This document shows, piece by piece, positions 13,342 through 26,577 of a stretch of 64,000 bases of DNA (position 1 is the stretch's first letter; each line of letters opens with the position of its first letter). The position numbers were made by a program, and so were the translations under genes. Below the pieces are notes generated by a model that saw nothing but the letters and a program-made list of their open reading frames with translations, made no database searches and was not told the DNA's origin. This stretch comes from Lama guanicoe (lineage: Eukaryota). The stretch is from the NCBI GenBank assembly GCA_013239625.1, contig MU054117.1, positions 2,914,011 to 2,978,010 of the forward strand, given 5' to 3'.

Positions 13342-13349
13342 CGTGCATG
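13298..13349. repeat. (TG)18(CG)5TGCATG compound microsatellite
   Basis: Read directly. Confidence 0.95.
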
Positions 13350-14756
13350 GGCTGTGCATGTGAACAGGAACAGAGGGACTGAAGAGTTATGGATGGGACA
13401 CGTGGGAAGGAAGGAGGGCTGAGAATAGTGATTCTCAGGTAATTACAAGGCTTACATTCTGAGAGGCCTTCAGAGATAATTTGCAGGGAGCAAGAACTGA
13501 CCCTGCCAGCCTCCCACAGGCGCGGGAAATCAATTAACCTTCACAGAGTGCACTGCGCCCAGAGAGCTGAGGTACCAGCTGGAGGACGGCGCTAACACTC
13601 AGCACCACTGGGGTTCCAGCTCACGGAACACAGGCCAAGGCCCTCCTGCTACAGAATATTACTCGGTCAACATATTTTTCTCCTGTTTCCTCTGCTTTGC
13701 CTTTGATTAGGGACAAAGGATCTCAGAATGTCACCTGGTCCAGCTTCTAGGCTCCAGACAGGATGTGCTGAAATTATTCCAGGAAAAATGTAGCGTCTTC
13801 TCCCTAAATGGAGGTGGAGTCTTGACCTTGGACAGAACAAATGGCTATTTGTCTACATTTTAGATAAATTTCAGGAGATGGAACTCAAGACTGCGGTTCA
13901 AAACGGCCACTGGCCTTGGAGAATTGTTGCTCTGGTTTTCTGTGCTTCTGTGTGGATGGGTAGTGGTCTGGTATGCCTATCTCTGGTTTGCAAAGTCTGG
14001 TGAAAGGCAGATGCAGACAGAGGAAGGGTCTCCTTCTCATCACAGACTGCGCGCTCAAAAGCCTCCTGTGTCCCACAGGAAGGGAGTGAGGGCCGAGGCA
14101 GCAAAGTGGCCGGTCTGTGGTCAGCCAGGTTCCCGGGCCAGGGTGGGGGGGAGAATCCAGGCCTCGATCCAGTCACGTGTCCATCTGCAATACCACACTG
14201 TCCTCCCAGCATCCTCGGTTTAAAGCTGCCAACGCCAAACGTCTGTGATTAGGATTGCAGTGATCCAAGTTCCATCTGGGGTCTGTCCATCATGGCACGA
14301 GCATGGACTGGGGAGAGGACTGGGGCCGACCGACTGCACCGCTGGACAGAGAGGGCCATGATCGTGGGGGACTGACCCCTTTCCTGTGTCTCCCCTATAC
14401 CTGCCCCTCATCCTCTGATCACAGAGTGAAGACCCTGGACCAGAAACATCTCAACGAGTCTGCTATTTGCCAGAGAAGAAAACGGAAGCGAGTTCAGCCT
14501 GCGCCAGCTTTGCGGTTGGGATGAGGCCAGTAGGAGGGACTCAGACTCAACACTGCCCCCTGCCTCCTTCTCCAGGTAACTGCAGGCTCCGGCAGCAGAA
14601 GGAAGCTCTTACTAGAAAAATCCACTTGGGATTTTCTTGTTCCCCCGAAATCAGTCTCTCTCAGTCTGTCTGATGCCTCTCTGTCCCCGTCTCTGTCTGT
14701 CTGCCTGTCTCTCTCTCACACACGCACACATGATTAGAGTAAAGCTGAACAAATTT

Positions 14757-14885
14757 GGGCGGGTCTAGCTCAGTGGTAGAGTGCGTGCTTAGCATGCACA
14801 AGGTCCTGGGTTCAATCCCCAGTCCCTCCATTAAAAAAATTAAAAAAAAAATAATTAAATAAGCCTAGTTACCCCCTCCAACCCA
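14757..14885 (+). mobile_element. Vic-1-type camelid tRNA-Ala-derived SINE
   Basis: GGGCGGGTCTAGCTCAGTGGTAGAGTGCGTGCTTAGCATGCACAAGGTCCTGGGTTCAATCCCCAG, followed by an A-rich tail and AAATAAGCCTAGTTACCCCC. Confidence 0.85.
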
Positions 14886-17800
14886 AACACACACACACAG
14901 AGAAACCTGAAGTACAGCTGAATGAAAGGAAAACATAAGACTTCGCAGAAAATTCTGCAAAGGTTGTAAAATCGCCAATTGGATTTTCAAGATGGATGGT
15001 TTCTCCCTAATGAGATTCTGCTGCCGTGTATAAACCAGCTTTGCAGCTTTATCCTGTCCTATCAAGCAAACCATTTTTCACTAGTCAGGTTTACACATCA
15101 TGTCCACGCCGCCAACAGCGCACAGAGCCCTCGCCTTTCACTCTGCTTGCGGGGCGATGTTAACAACGCGCTTCGGCTTCAGGAAATAACACGCCAATTA
15201 AAAAACACACGTGCGTGGCTGAGCCACAGCCTCACCAACCCGCACTGCGAACCTCGTGTTTCCACGCCAAGAGCAGGCGCACAGTTACAGGCTGGAAGGG
15301 CCCCGGGAGTGCCCCTTGCAGGCTGGCACCTTCTGGAAGAAGCGGCCAGTGGGGCGGCCTTTCTCCGCGCGGGGTCTGGGGCCCGCCTGCACCAGCAGCC
15401 CTGGGGACGCGCGCTAAGATGCGCGTTCCTGGGTCCCCCCTCCCCAGGCACACTGACGTAGGCTCCCTCGGAGAGGGACTGGGGAATCCACCTTCCATGG
15501 AGGCTCCCTGCTCATCCTGAGGCAAGCCGACATTCAAGAACCATGCAGCGAAGGCTCGCCACAAACGTCATCCCCACGACGCTGCCACCGCTGCCCGACC
15601 CGGCGGCAAGGCCGAGGGGGCGACGCCCCTCCCACAGCACCCAACACCAGCCCTCGGGCTCTGTCGGGTCCCGGGTGTCACAGCTGGGGCCGTCTGTCAG
15701 GCTGGAAGATGCAGCCTGGTCTGGACACCCGCTTGGAGCTGAGGGAAGTCAGTGTGGACAGAAAGCCGCAGGACGGCGGCCGGGCAGGGGCAGGAATTGA
15801 AGAGCCCCCCTGCTCCTGAGAAACGGCCTGCGGCCCGAATCAGCTGGACAGGCTGTGCAGACGAGGAACCGACTCCAGCGAGGGTGTGGGGGGCGCTGCC
15901 AGGTCTGTCAAGGCCAAGGTGGTCCAGGCGGCCTGGGTGGTGGTCCAGGCTACTGAGCAGCCGAGGACTGAGTTGGGCCTGCCTCTGATCTAGAAAGCGC
16001 GTCTCTCCAGAGTGCTCAGAGCTCCCAGGCAGCCTGATCCATCCTGACCCCCACCCTCGGGGTTAGGTCTTGGTGAGGAACTCAGTCAGGTCGCCTTCTC
16101 CAGCAGATCCCGACTCTGGTCGGAAGTCAGAATCTCGGGATATTTCATAAACGCAGACTTCAAGCCCCACCCCCAGACCAAGGCAACAACGGGGCCGTCC
16201 CGGGGTGGGGCCCCAGCATCCCCCGGCGAGTCTGGTCAAAGGTCCGACTCTCTAGACAGCATGGTTTTGCATCCGGAGAGCTCAAGCTTGTGACAGGGGC
16301 GGGTGGTTTCTCTGGCAAAGGAATTCCTAATTCTGAGGGCCAGTTCTTCCTCGCGTCGCACTACGTCTCTCATCGTAAAAGGTCAGGTTCTCCGAGCTTC
16401 TGCGTGGTGCACGCAGAGAAGCGTGGCACGGGTGCGATCTGACCCTCTCCTCCTCGAGGGGAAGTGGAGGTGCTGAGGGGACGCGCCCCCTCCGGAGCGG
16501 CCGCCGGGGAGCTGGGCTTTAGCCCGAGGTCTGCGCACTTGACCTTGACCCAGGAGGCCATGGCTGCTTCCCGGTGGACATGCGCCGGAGTCAACACTGA
16601 CCCGGATGCCAACGCAAATCTGAGATTTTCTCAACCCTCTGTCCCGAAGGACAAGAGGGCGGAGGCTGGATGGTCCTAGACTTGCCTCCTTCCCCTGCTC
16701 CCAATACGCAGGGTAAGAAAAGAAAACCCACAGCAGTGAGGAAGGCCCCGGGCCATTTCTGACACCGCCCCGGAGCCTGGGTCTCCTGACATCAGCCCCA
16801 AGCACGCGACCCCCTGAGTCCTCCTCCCTCCCAGAGCCTGGAGGTGACCCTGGGGGAAGCTGAGGGGACCTTACTAACGGCCACAAAACTGTAACTCTGA
16901 GGGGGCAGGGGAGCTGGGGACAGGACTTCCCCCAGGTCAGTGGCATCTTTCTGGGCCCTGTGGGAGAAGAATGTGTGTGGTTTGGAAAAGGAGGAGGGAG
17001 CCTGGGTGCTGCTGCCAGTGACAACGCTGCCTCGAGTCTCAACAGCATGGATTTCCCGGTCGGCTTCGCGGCGGAATCTTGACTGCTCGGCCCATCGGTC
17101 TGATCACAAACTCCTCAAAGATGGGGACTCTGTGTTCTGTTGGCTGAACTCAGCCTGGCACAGAGCAAGCACCCCTTCCGTGCGAGGTGCAGCCCTACGT
17201 GGGCCGCCCTCCTGGGGCCGAGCCCTGGGTGGGTCGCAGCCGCCCTGCCTCGTCACCCTCCCCGGGACAGCACGGATTCCCTGACGGAGTGACACGTTAG
17301 CCCCGGCGCTGAAAGGCCAGCTAGTGGAGGCGCCTGGGCAATGCGTGGAGAGTCCTCGGGACCCCCCGACTCTAGCCCGATCAGACCCTTCCGCAGTCTG
17401 TCCTTTCTCCCCCTCCCCGCGAGACTGCGCCCCTCCCACAGAAAAGCCCAACCCGGTCTCCTAGGAGATGCCCAGAATCACACAGCCTCACCCTGGGTCA
17501 CCCGGAAAGCTTTCTACTCAAACCCTCCGGTTTCTTGTCTGACCTCGGAGCTGCAAGGACTTCTAAGGGCATGCGGTCCAGGTGTAACCCAGAAGCGGGG
17601 GGTGACCACTCTGTTTTTTCCCTTTAACAGAAGAGAACACGGTGGCGCTACTCTGCTGCACACCTGACACCAGTGCTGTCAAGTGACGGCACTTCGATAA
17701 AAAATAAGAATTAAAAAATTTAAAAATAAAAAAATTTTAAGTCAAAAAAACTACCAGAAAACCTCAGAGCCGGTCACCCGGAACGAGGGTGAGCACGTTT

Positions 17801-18919
17801 CCTGGGCCTTGTCTCAGTAACTCGCACGTGCACGTGTGTGGGAGCGGCAAAGCCAAGTGCATTTCTTCTGGTGAATCACAATCAGAAAGCTTGAAAATCC
17901 CATTCTCTCCCGTTGCCAGCAAGGAAACAGGTGCACAGAGAGGTAAGGCAAGCTGCCCGAGTCACACAGCTGGCCAGTGGCAGGGCCTGGGGAGGGGACC
18001 TCGGGGTGCTCCTGCCTCCTGTTTCGGGGCTCCGCTCGCGGCTATAGGCCTCGGGTTCTGCACCAGAGGACTCTTGGGAAAGGGGCTGCCAGAGAGCTCA
18101 GCGAGCCCTGGATCCCACCAGAGCCCCCCACCCGGGAGGGGGCCTCATCAGCTGGCCTGGGGCAGGTGCAGCCGGCAGGGGTGCCTGTGGAGGGAGGGCA
18201 CAGAGAGCTGGGGGTCTTGGCTGAGCTAGTCTTGCCCATGCTTCCGACAGTGACCTTGACTTCCATCTCAAGAACGTTCAAACCCTCATTGAATTGGGAC
18301 GGAAGCACAAACAGAGGCCACTTAGAGATGGACGGAAGGGCTGAGGGTCTCTCCCTGCGGGCGTGCAGGTCAGCAGGGGCGCTCCCTGCAGGTAGGACTC
18401 TGGGCCACAGGCCACAGTGACCCTCACCTCCTTAGTCAGCAAGGGAAGCGTCCCCTCTGGGGGTGCCGCCTGACTTTCACTGTGGCTCCTCGGGGCAACC
18501 AATGCTGGGGTCCGAGGGCAGGGTGGTGAGCCCCTCATTTTACAGGTGGGAAAATCAAGGCTCAGAGAGGCCCAGAGACCAGAGCGAGGTCACAGAGCCA
18601 GTGGGTTGGAAAGCCGCAGATGACTCAAACCCAGACCTCCCGATTCCCAGCCCCCATTTCTCACGTCCACACACGAGGCCCCTGGACACCTTGTTAAAAT
18701 GCAGAGTCAGCGGGGCCGGGGCAAGGCCTGCCACTCCGCATTCCCCAGAAGCTTCCTGCTCATCCCCAGGCTGGACTTTGGTAGCAAAGCTCTACATCAT
18801 GCTGTCTGGAAGGATAAAGGGGGCCTTAAGCTTCACCCCAAATGCTCCACATCAGCCAGCCAGATCCTCCACGACACACAAACATCCCTACTTAAAACAG
18901 TGATAAACATGACGACCTT

Positions 18920-19140
18920 AACATTCACCGAATACGTGCGGCGGGCCAACGCTGTTCCGAATGCTGACACGCGTCATCACATCTAGTCCTCACATCTCTC
19001 CGAGACAGACGCTGTTCCCATCCCTGTCTGACAGATGAGGCGGCGGTGGCTCAGAGAGGTTAAGTAACTGGGCCGACGTCACACAGCTAGTTAGTAGCAG
19101 AGCTAAGACTGAAACTCGGCTCCGTCTGAGTCCTGGCTTA
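18920..19140 (-). mobile_element. MIR SINE (representative). Further MIR remnants at about 970-1050, 1940-2100, 12330-12500, 17900-17980, 18520-18640, 20090-20290, 30400-30570, 30940-31060, 36370-36570, 41080-41280, 53570-53780, 57970-58030, 61520-61680, 62320-62350 and 63330-63450
   Basis: MIR core motifs GACAGATGAGG...GGCTCAGAGAGGTTAAGTAACT..GTCACACAGCTAGT, or the reverse CCTCAGTTTCCTCATCTGTAAAATGGG. Confidence 0.75.
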
Positions 19141-20444
19141 CTGGGTGAAGACTCGCTAGAGCATATTCTCAACCCCTCCTGCCGCCGGGCCTCGGGAGGC
19201 CCTCCCCACAGTGCCCCTAACACTCCCCTTGCCAGACCGTGTGTCCTCCAGCACCAATTGGTCACAATTTCTCCTAACGCAGGGTCCGACAGGTCCTTTT
19301 TCCACACCCGTGTATACCCCGTGGACCTCAGCAAGGTTTTAGAATTGCTGCAGGGGACGCCCTGGATGACAGGGAGCTCAGGGCGGGGCGTGGACAGCGG
19401 TCTACGCAGGAGCGCACGTGGTGAGCCAGCTCTCTCGGAACTCGGGGCCTGCGTGCTTTCTATAAGGCCACGTCAGCCCAGACTGCAGCACGGACCCAGA
19501 GGCTTTGGTAGGAAGCACCTGCACGGAAGGGCCAGTGGTCTGTGCTGGAATTATTGGGGATTTTTAAGGAACACGAGCAAATCTCCAGGTGGGACCAGAG
19601 GCATGCAGAGGACCTCCTCGGCGTGCTTCCACGCTCTACCTGAACCAGCCTGCATTTTGCCTGAGGCTTTAGGACTACAGACCATCTTTAGTGACACCAG
19701 GGTTCACAGAATGCGAGCTCACTGCTGTGCGGTGGGCTGGATGACCGCGGACAGGCACGGGGCCCGAAGACACACTCATTCCCACAGGCTGACCGACACC
19801 TGCCCGCTGGCCCGCACCTGCGCAGCACGGGGCCCGGCCGACACCGCGTCGGCCCCTGCGCTGCCTCCTCCGGTTGGTGTTCACCTAGCCTGGCGCCGCC
19901 TCATCCAGGCAAGGGAGCCCTAGAAACCGCTAATGATTGGGAGAGACCTGGGGGGCAACGCGGGCGGCAGGAGAGACTGAGAGCGGGATGAGAGGGAGCG
20001 GTCAGGATGGCTGAGGACCCTCTGAATCGTGGGGGTAGACCCGGCGCGTCGGGGCCTCACTGCCCAGAGGCACGTACAGTCGTTTCTAATGGGTCTCAGG
20101 CACCTGACTGTCTGAGTCTGAATCCTGGCTCTGCCACCTGCACGCTGTGTGTCCTGGGGCATGTTACTCACGCTTTCAGCGCCTCGATTTCCTCATCAGT
20201 AAAATGGGGACAATGATAGAGAGTCCAGATGAGCTAGTGTAGACCAGGTACCTAGGACAGTGTCTAGCACACGGTGAGGGCCCAACAAACGTGAGCGAGG
20301 GCTTAGAAATACAAGTGATGACAGCCACAGGGCCCGGCCCCACCCCGGCAGACGGGCATAAGGCGGCATCGCCAAACGTGAGACCAAAGAGGTGTTTCCG
20401 GCTTCCACGCGCCCATGCCGAGGGCGGCGGAGACGGGTACCCAC

Positions 20445-20591
20445 TTTCGCAGGGCGTGCTCCAGTTCGCTCTTCTCCTCGTGGGCTTCTTGGAGCTGCGA
20501 GAAGATTCTGGTCAGGAAATCCTCGAAGTCGGACAGCAGGTGAGGTTCGTCCTTCTTCAGCTGCAGCCAGAGTTGCTTGACGTCACGTTCA
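20445..20591 (-). CDS. CRACR2A: CRACR2A coding exon 4 (147 nt; (D)[48 protein letters not shown])
   Basis: Acceptor ctttcctcccgtag|T and donor AA|GTGGGT. Phase 2 to 2. Confidence 0.96.
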
Positions 20592-21669
20592 CTACGGGAG
20601 GAAAGGGAGCGTGAGCGCGGGGGCCCGGAAACAGGCCCAGGTGTCAGACTGACGGCCGGAACAGCTCGCCGCACGCCGGCTCCTTCACGCATGTTTCCTC
20701 GTTTGAGCCTCCGGGAACGTGACAGGCAGGTGCTGCCATTCCCCGCCATTTACAGGCGAGGAGACGGAGGACGGGGTGAAGAGGGCGGCCTCAGATCACT
20801 CAGCTGGTGGGTGATGGAGCCGGGAGCCTGTCTGGTCCCGTGCTGGCCTCCGCTCTGCTGTCTCCCTCAGGGGCTGGTGGGGCTGAGCCCGCACTGCTGT
20901 GTGGGGAGCACCTCTGGAGGCCAGAAAGAAACAGAGGGACAGGAGCCCAGCGTGGGCAAGGACAGACGCATGGAGCTGAAGGAGAGAGCCTGTGGCCCCC
21001 AGAAGGACGGTCCTTGCAGCTCAGAGGGAAAGACGTGCCATCCGATGGCTGGCAGAAAGCCGTTGTCATGGCGGGGCAGGGAAGGGAAGACGCAGCGCCC
21101 TGCAGGGGCCTGGGGGCAGCAGGCGTGACCAACAGGCAACAGGAAGAGAAGGAGCAAGTCTGAGAGGTGTGTGTGCACACGTGGAAGGACGAATAGAGAG
21201 TCTGGAGGGAAGGAGGCAGGCATAGAGACAGAGACAGAGCGACATGCCCAGAGTTGCATCCCCAATAGGCATGTGCGCGCACGCTCAGCAGCAGAGACCA
21301 AAGGGTCACACGGATCAGCGAGGGGAGGGATGAGGGGGCCCCACACACGATAGGCCCTGCTCTCGCTCTATGGAGAAACTCAACAATCTATAGCCAGTGA
21401 TCAAACTGAGCCAGAAAGCGATATGATCTGCACTCCATTAAATTCTGAAACCACCGTGATCTGAAGGTGGTTATAAGCAGGGACCCTCAGGATAAAGAAT
21501 AAAATCCTTTGTGCTTGTGTAACAAGTCCTATATGTGAGACATTTTACTCAGAAGTGATACTGGTAGTGGCATGCCAGCAACGTGCCTGGGGCAGAAACG
21601 CTACTCTGCACCCAGCGGAGAAGAGGCCCACGCAGAAGTGACCCGACCTCCGGTTAGTTAGCTGATCGT

Positions 21670-21803
21670 CTATCCAACCATCCCTCCATCCTGCTTTCCT
21701 TCCCGCGCTCCATTCCATCCAGACATCCACAACCGTGTAGAACCTCCATCCATCCACCTACCCACCCACCCATCCATTTATCCACCCATCCACCCACCCA
21801 TCC
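21670..21803. repeat. Degenerate (CCAT)n/(CCAC)n simple repeat, probably an L2 tail
   Basis: Read directly. Confidence 0.75.
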
Positions 21804-23905
21804 AATAAGTATTTATCATCTGTTGAAAAGCTAGCACTGGACTGGATGGCATGAGGGAATCTGGGAAACAAGACAAGGGGAGGTAAAGAGCCTCCCTGCT
21901 TCCCAGAGTGAGTTCCGCTTCCCCCACACAGAACACGTGTGGCTGTCTGCTCTGTTGTACTGCAGATGTGACGGAGGTGGTGCAAAGGGTTCAGGGACAA
22001 AAGGGTCTCAGGGAGACACAAGGATGACCTCCTGTCACTGTGGCAGGTTGCCTGTCGTGAAGTAAATGCATTCTAGGGTCAGGATCCACCCTGCTGGCCC
22101 AGGCCTGTCTGTTCCCACCTCCCAGGTTCCTGTTGGAGCCTCCAGTGAAATCTGCAGACCCACCCGATGCTCTTCCAAAGCTCTTTAACCACCTGGTCAT
22201 GGCCACATCACCTCCCTGGGGATTTCTGGAGAAGGGACAAGTCTTCCAACCTTGAATGAAAAATAGGCCAAGGCCCATAAGCTGCCGAATCCCTCAGCCA
22301 ACCAGACCGCCGGGAACAGCTGGCAGTCCAGACGCCAGTCCGCCACGTCCGGGCCACGCCTGGGCCATGTCTGGGCCACGTGCAGGCCACTCCTCATGGG
22401 AGGATACTGGGTGCAGGGTGCAGGGTGAGAAGGGGTTCTGGGGGGTCAGGCTGTCCATCTCCCTGCTTCCAGCACAACACACAGACCATCTCGGTCGGTG
22501 ACATCGCTAAAGACCTCCGAAGTCTTCAGAGCCACCTGTGCCCTCATCTGCAGTCCTGCGGTTGGGACCGGTTCCCCCAGGGGCCCGCTTCCCTCTTGTT
22601 TCACTTCCCCGAGGACAGCGGTGGCTCTGGGCCCCGTCCTCCGTGTGTCAGTTTCCGTAGACCGCGCCTGGAACCTTGCCCAGAGCCTCTGCACCAGGAC
22701 ATCTCATGTGGGCTCAGCTCAGCATGGGCCTTTGACAGGCATCCTCAGAGCACCCCCGGTGAAGTGCCCAGAAGCGAGCAGAGGCGCCCCTCTTTTGTGA
22801 CTCATGATGGCCCCCGGGCTCACCCACCCCGCCCGCTCCAGCCCCCTCCTCCAGGAGGTCACTGTCCCTGGAGAAGCTGGGTCAGGTGTCCCTTCTGGTA
22901 CGGGCTATTGCCGGCCTATCTCAAGTCTGGCACAACCTGTCGGGTTGTTTGCGGAAAGACTCTCGAGCTGCACGTACTTTTTGGCCTGCGTGCCGTGTGA
23001 AGGCCCCTCTTTCTTCCTTCCTCTTTATCATCCACCCCCGCCCCTCAATCTCTCCTCTTTCCAAGCTTCGGGCACATCAGTTCCAATAATCCAGCCTTTC
23101 CAGTTCCTCATGAAACACACACCCAACCCAAGACCCAGAGCCCCAGCAGGAGGAGGCAAAGGGCGGCGGGGAAGGGGGCCGAGGCCGCCCCGTGCTTCTC
23201 AGGCCACCGTGTCCGTGCCCCAGATACAGCGCCACTTTGTTTCATTTCACTTGAAATGTCTGGGCTTAAATCTATGTGTCTCTTTATCCCAAAACGCTTT
23301 TTTGCAAAAAAGAAAAGAAAAGGGGGTGGTATTATGTTTTGCTTAAAGTCCCAGGCACGTAAGTTTTCAGCTGAGCTGCTGATCACCCGGGTGGCGAGCT
23401 GCCCGGAGCTGGGTCCCCTCCCACCTGCCTCAACAGGTGGGCTTTGGCTCAGGGATCCGATGTGTGGATGCTTCCACGTAAGGTGCCTTTGCCCGGAGCA
23501 CAGCACGGTGCGGGGAGGGCGCACTGCAGCCCCAGAGACCCAGCGGAGGTGGAAACCTGGTGAGCTGATGGTGACAGGAAGCCTTAGGCAGGACTCCAGG
23601 AAAACCCTCACGGCTTGGCACAGCCCTCTGAGGGTGAGCACCGCTCAGGGAGCTCGGAGGGCTGAGCTGAGGACCGTGCTGATGATGGACAGCGGGGGAG
23701 TGTTTCCCGTGAAAACAACGCAGAAAGCAGAGCCCATAGACCCCGAAACACAGACAGGTCATGGCCAAGGACAGGCTGCGTGGAGTGAGTGACCCGGCTG
23801 GAAGCAAGGAGCCGGGGCCGGGCCGAGTGCGTAGGAAGCCTCAGTGATGGAACAGAACAGATGAGGAAGTCGGGCTCCATCCCCCAGACCACTGTCACCA
23901 CTTAC

Positions 23906-24089
23906 TCTTCCAGAACCTTCTGGGCTCCAAGCCTGTCCATCAGCACCTGAAACTGCGCCTCCTCGTCTTCGTCCATGCCGCCCAGGTCCTCCTCCCCTCT
24001 GGTCTGGTACACCTTCTCCTCCTGGGGCTGGGCCGCCGGCTCCCCTCCGTCTTCCTGACTTGGCTTATTCTGGCCGAAGATGAAGTGAC
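23906..24089 (-). CDS. CRACR2A: CRACR2A coding exon 3 (184 nt; (S)[13 protein letters not shown]...[20 protein letters not shown])
   Basis: Acceptor ctcctgcag|GT and donor GA|GTAAGT. Phase 1 to 2, in frame with both neighbours. Confidence 0.96.
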
Positions 24090-25155
24090 CTGCAGGAGCG
24101 TGGCACAAGGGTCTGGATTAGGGCGGCACTCACCCAGGGGGACCTTTGCTTTCCCAGACGCCAGGAATCATCTGAGGTTCAGCTGAGGGAAGAAAAGGGG
24201 AACCTCCCCCCACCTCCGCCCTGAGCAAAGATCCTTGGATGCCATGCTCTGGCTTTTGTCTCTCTCCTACTCCCACGAGAGTCTGGTGGAAAGGCTACAA
24301 CCTGGGGAGGGCAGAGGCATGGCAGGTCCCACGGCACCTTTGTGGTTCACGATCCTTTAAAGTCTGCCTAGACTTGTCTCTTCTCTGATTCCTTCTCTAA
24401 AGGAGACCTTTCTCTCCAGCGCCCTCCAGCAGCCCGGCTGCCTGCGCTCCGTGCGGTCTCCCAGCATCAGAGCCCCCAGTACCACTGTGCCTCCCGTTCA
24501 CGAGTCAGTGACAAATTCCTGAAGGTCAGGAAAGGCCGCAGATACTTCTCAGGAAACGTCTGGCACCTTGTGTGAGGCAGATTTGTGGCTAAACCGGCCT
24601 GGTGACTTCTCTGACCCACATTTGCTCTATCATTGTCTGATCAGTATTTGCTCTGAGAGGGTACATGGTTTCTTTATCTTGTTCATGCATCTCCTGGTTC
24701 TTTTTCCTCCTGGTTACCTGGGGCACGACTGGTCTATTCAAACCCTTTATAGATTCCTCTGAAAGCGGGTGTCCCTCAGCCTGGACGACTCAGCCAGACT
24801 CTGAACGAAATGAGTCGCTGTCATCCGCCGGCATCTCGGCAGAAAAGCAGAGGCTGGCAATCCCATCTCAGCCCTCCCCGCCCCCATGCCAAGCTTTCCG
24901 CCAGTGTCTCTGCTTGCTCCCTGCCATTCTGCAGCAGGAGGGGACCCAGCAGTGACAGTGCCCCTGAGGGGGCAGTGGTATGAGCCCCATAAAAAGAGGT
25001 GGACACGTGAAACGAGGTCCAGAGGACCCACAGCCTGGACACCTCAAGGAGTAGGAGCTTTGCTACAGCGACTCTCGGGGCTGGCAGGGCAGGGGTGCAC
25101 CTCACAGAGCTCTGGGAGGCCCCTCCCCAGGGCCCCGGCGCCCGGCACCACTCAC

Positions 25156-25267
25156 TAAATCCAGTGGCGAACTCCTCTGGGGTCAGAAAGCCATTGCCGT
25201 CGGCATCCAGGGCATCAAACACATCCTCCAGGTCCTCCAGGCTGAGGGGCAACTCCTTATGGAGCCT
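25156..25267 (-). CDS. CRACR2A: CRACR2A coding exon 2 (112 nt; [37 protein letters not shown]), EF-hand 2
   Basis: Acceptor ttgttttcag|AGG and donor A|GTGAGT. Contains the canonical EF-hand loop [12 protein letters not shown]. Phase 0 to 1. Confidence 0.97.
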
Positions 25268-25902
25268 CTGAAAACAATCCAGACCCCACTGGTTAACACG
25301 GCTCGTCCCAGATGGCTGCCCCAGGCTGGTCCTTCTGCCCACAAGTGTCTCGAGTTGGCCCCGGCCTCCAAAAGCCAGAAGCCGCTTCTGAAGACCACTT
25401 CAGCATCCTTCTCCCCTTCTGAACAGCGGGACACCCACCATCTGGCCCCGCTGGTGATGCTCAGTGAGGTCTTACAAGTTGGGTGTTTTTCCAGAGCCTG
25501 GAACGGAAAACAGTCCTGCAGCAGCAGCGCTGAGGGCCGGGCTCCCGGAGCCAGGGAACAGTGCTGTCTCCCCCTGCGCTCCAGCCAGGCTCTCTGCCTT
25601 TCTGGTCACCAGCCCACAACGGACCTCATGCAGCTTAAAGCGAATTGATGCATAGCTTCAAATGCATCATTAGAAGACCCACCTTTACAGCCAGATTAAA
25701 GTCTCCCTCCTTCCAGACTTCCAAAGCCTCCTGTTCAGACCTCTGAGCCAGCACCAGCCACTCTCTTTCCTGTGGCAGAGCTCAGCCACACCGAACACCT
25801 CCAGGATGGGGAGGTGAGGCCCAGAGGTGGGATCTACCTTCATCCTGCTTGGTGCCTTGACCTGCTTGGTTCAGGCCGACGGCTGGGCGGAGCCTGGGGT
25901 CC

Positions 25903-26100
25903 CTCAACATCCACGCTATTGACATCATGAGATGGGAAGTCTTTTCTGGGGGGGGCGGAATCCAGCCTGTGCTCTATGCGATATTTAACAGCATCCCTGG
26001 GCACAACCTAGGATGCGCCAGCGGCAGCCCTGTCTCCAGTCATTTCAATCGGGAATGTCCCTAGACATTATCAACTGCCCTCTAAGAGGCAAGCCCACCC
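25903..26100. mobile_element. MER20 (hAT-Charlie) DNA transposon remnant
   Basis: CTATTGACATC...TTTAACAGCATCCCTGG...AATGTCCCTAGACATTATCAACTGCCCTCT. Confidence 0.7.
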
Positions 26101-26229
26101 CCACTCACGTAGACTGGACTCAAGCCGGCGCAGCACTAGCTGGGTGCGAGGGGAAGGTGCCCCCCCCAGCAGAAATGACCCTTCATGATCTCTGAGGCAG
26201 GAGAGATGACTTGCACTTGAAGTCCTAGA

Positions 26230-26577
26230 AAGACAGCACAGCCGCTATGGAAACGGCATGTTGGCTCCACAAAATATTAAAAACAGAATTGCCATAGGAT
26301 CCAGCAATCCTACTTTGGGGTATGTACCCCCAAAAAACTGAAAGCAGGGACTTGAAGAGTATATACACACCCCTGATCGTAGCAGCGTGATTCACACCCA
26401 AGGGTGTGGAGCAACCCACGTGGCCACCGACAGACCAGCGGATAGACGAGGCGTGGTCAGTGGGTGCAGTGGAGTCGTGTCCAGCCCTAAAAGGAGAGGA
26501 AATTCTGGCCCGTGCTACAGCGTGGAACCCTGACGACCGGCAAACTTTGTTATGTGTATTTTACCACAGTTTAAAAA
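26230..26577 (+). mobile_element. L1MB-like 3' fragment
   Basis: CAGCCGCTATGGAAACGGCATG...GATCCAGCAATCCTACTTTGGGGTAT...AGGAAATTCTG. Confidence 0.8.

Noticed and set aside
14757..14830. Apparent tRNA-Ala(AGC) gene (similar copies at 39171, 56494 and 62790)
   Set aside because: Imperfect acceptor stem, an A-rich SINE tail and several diverged copies (one with a TSD) mark it as a tRNA-derived SINE.
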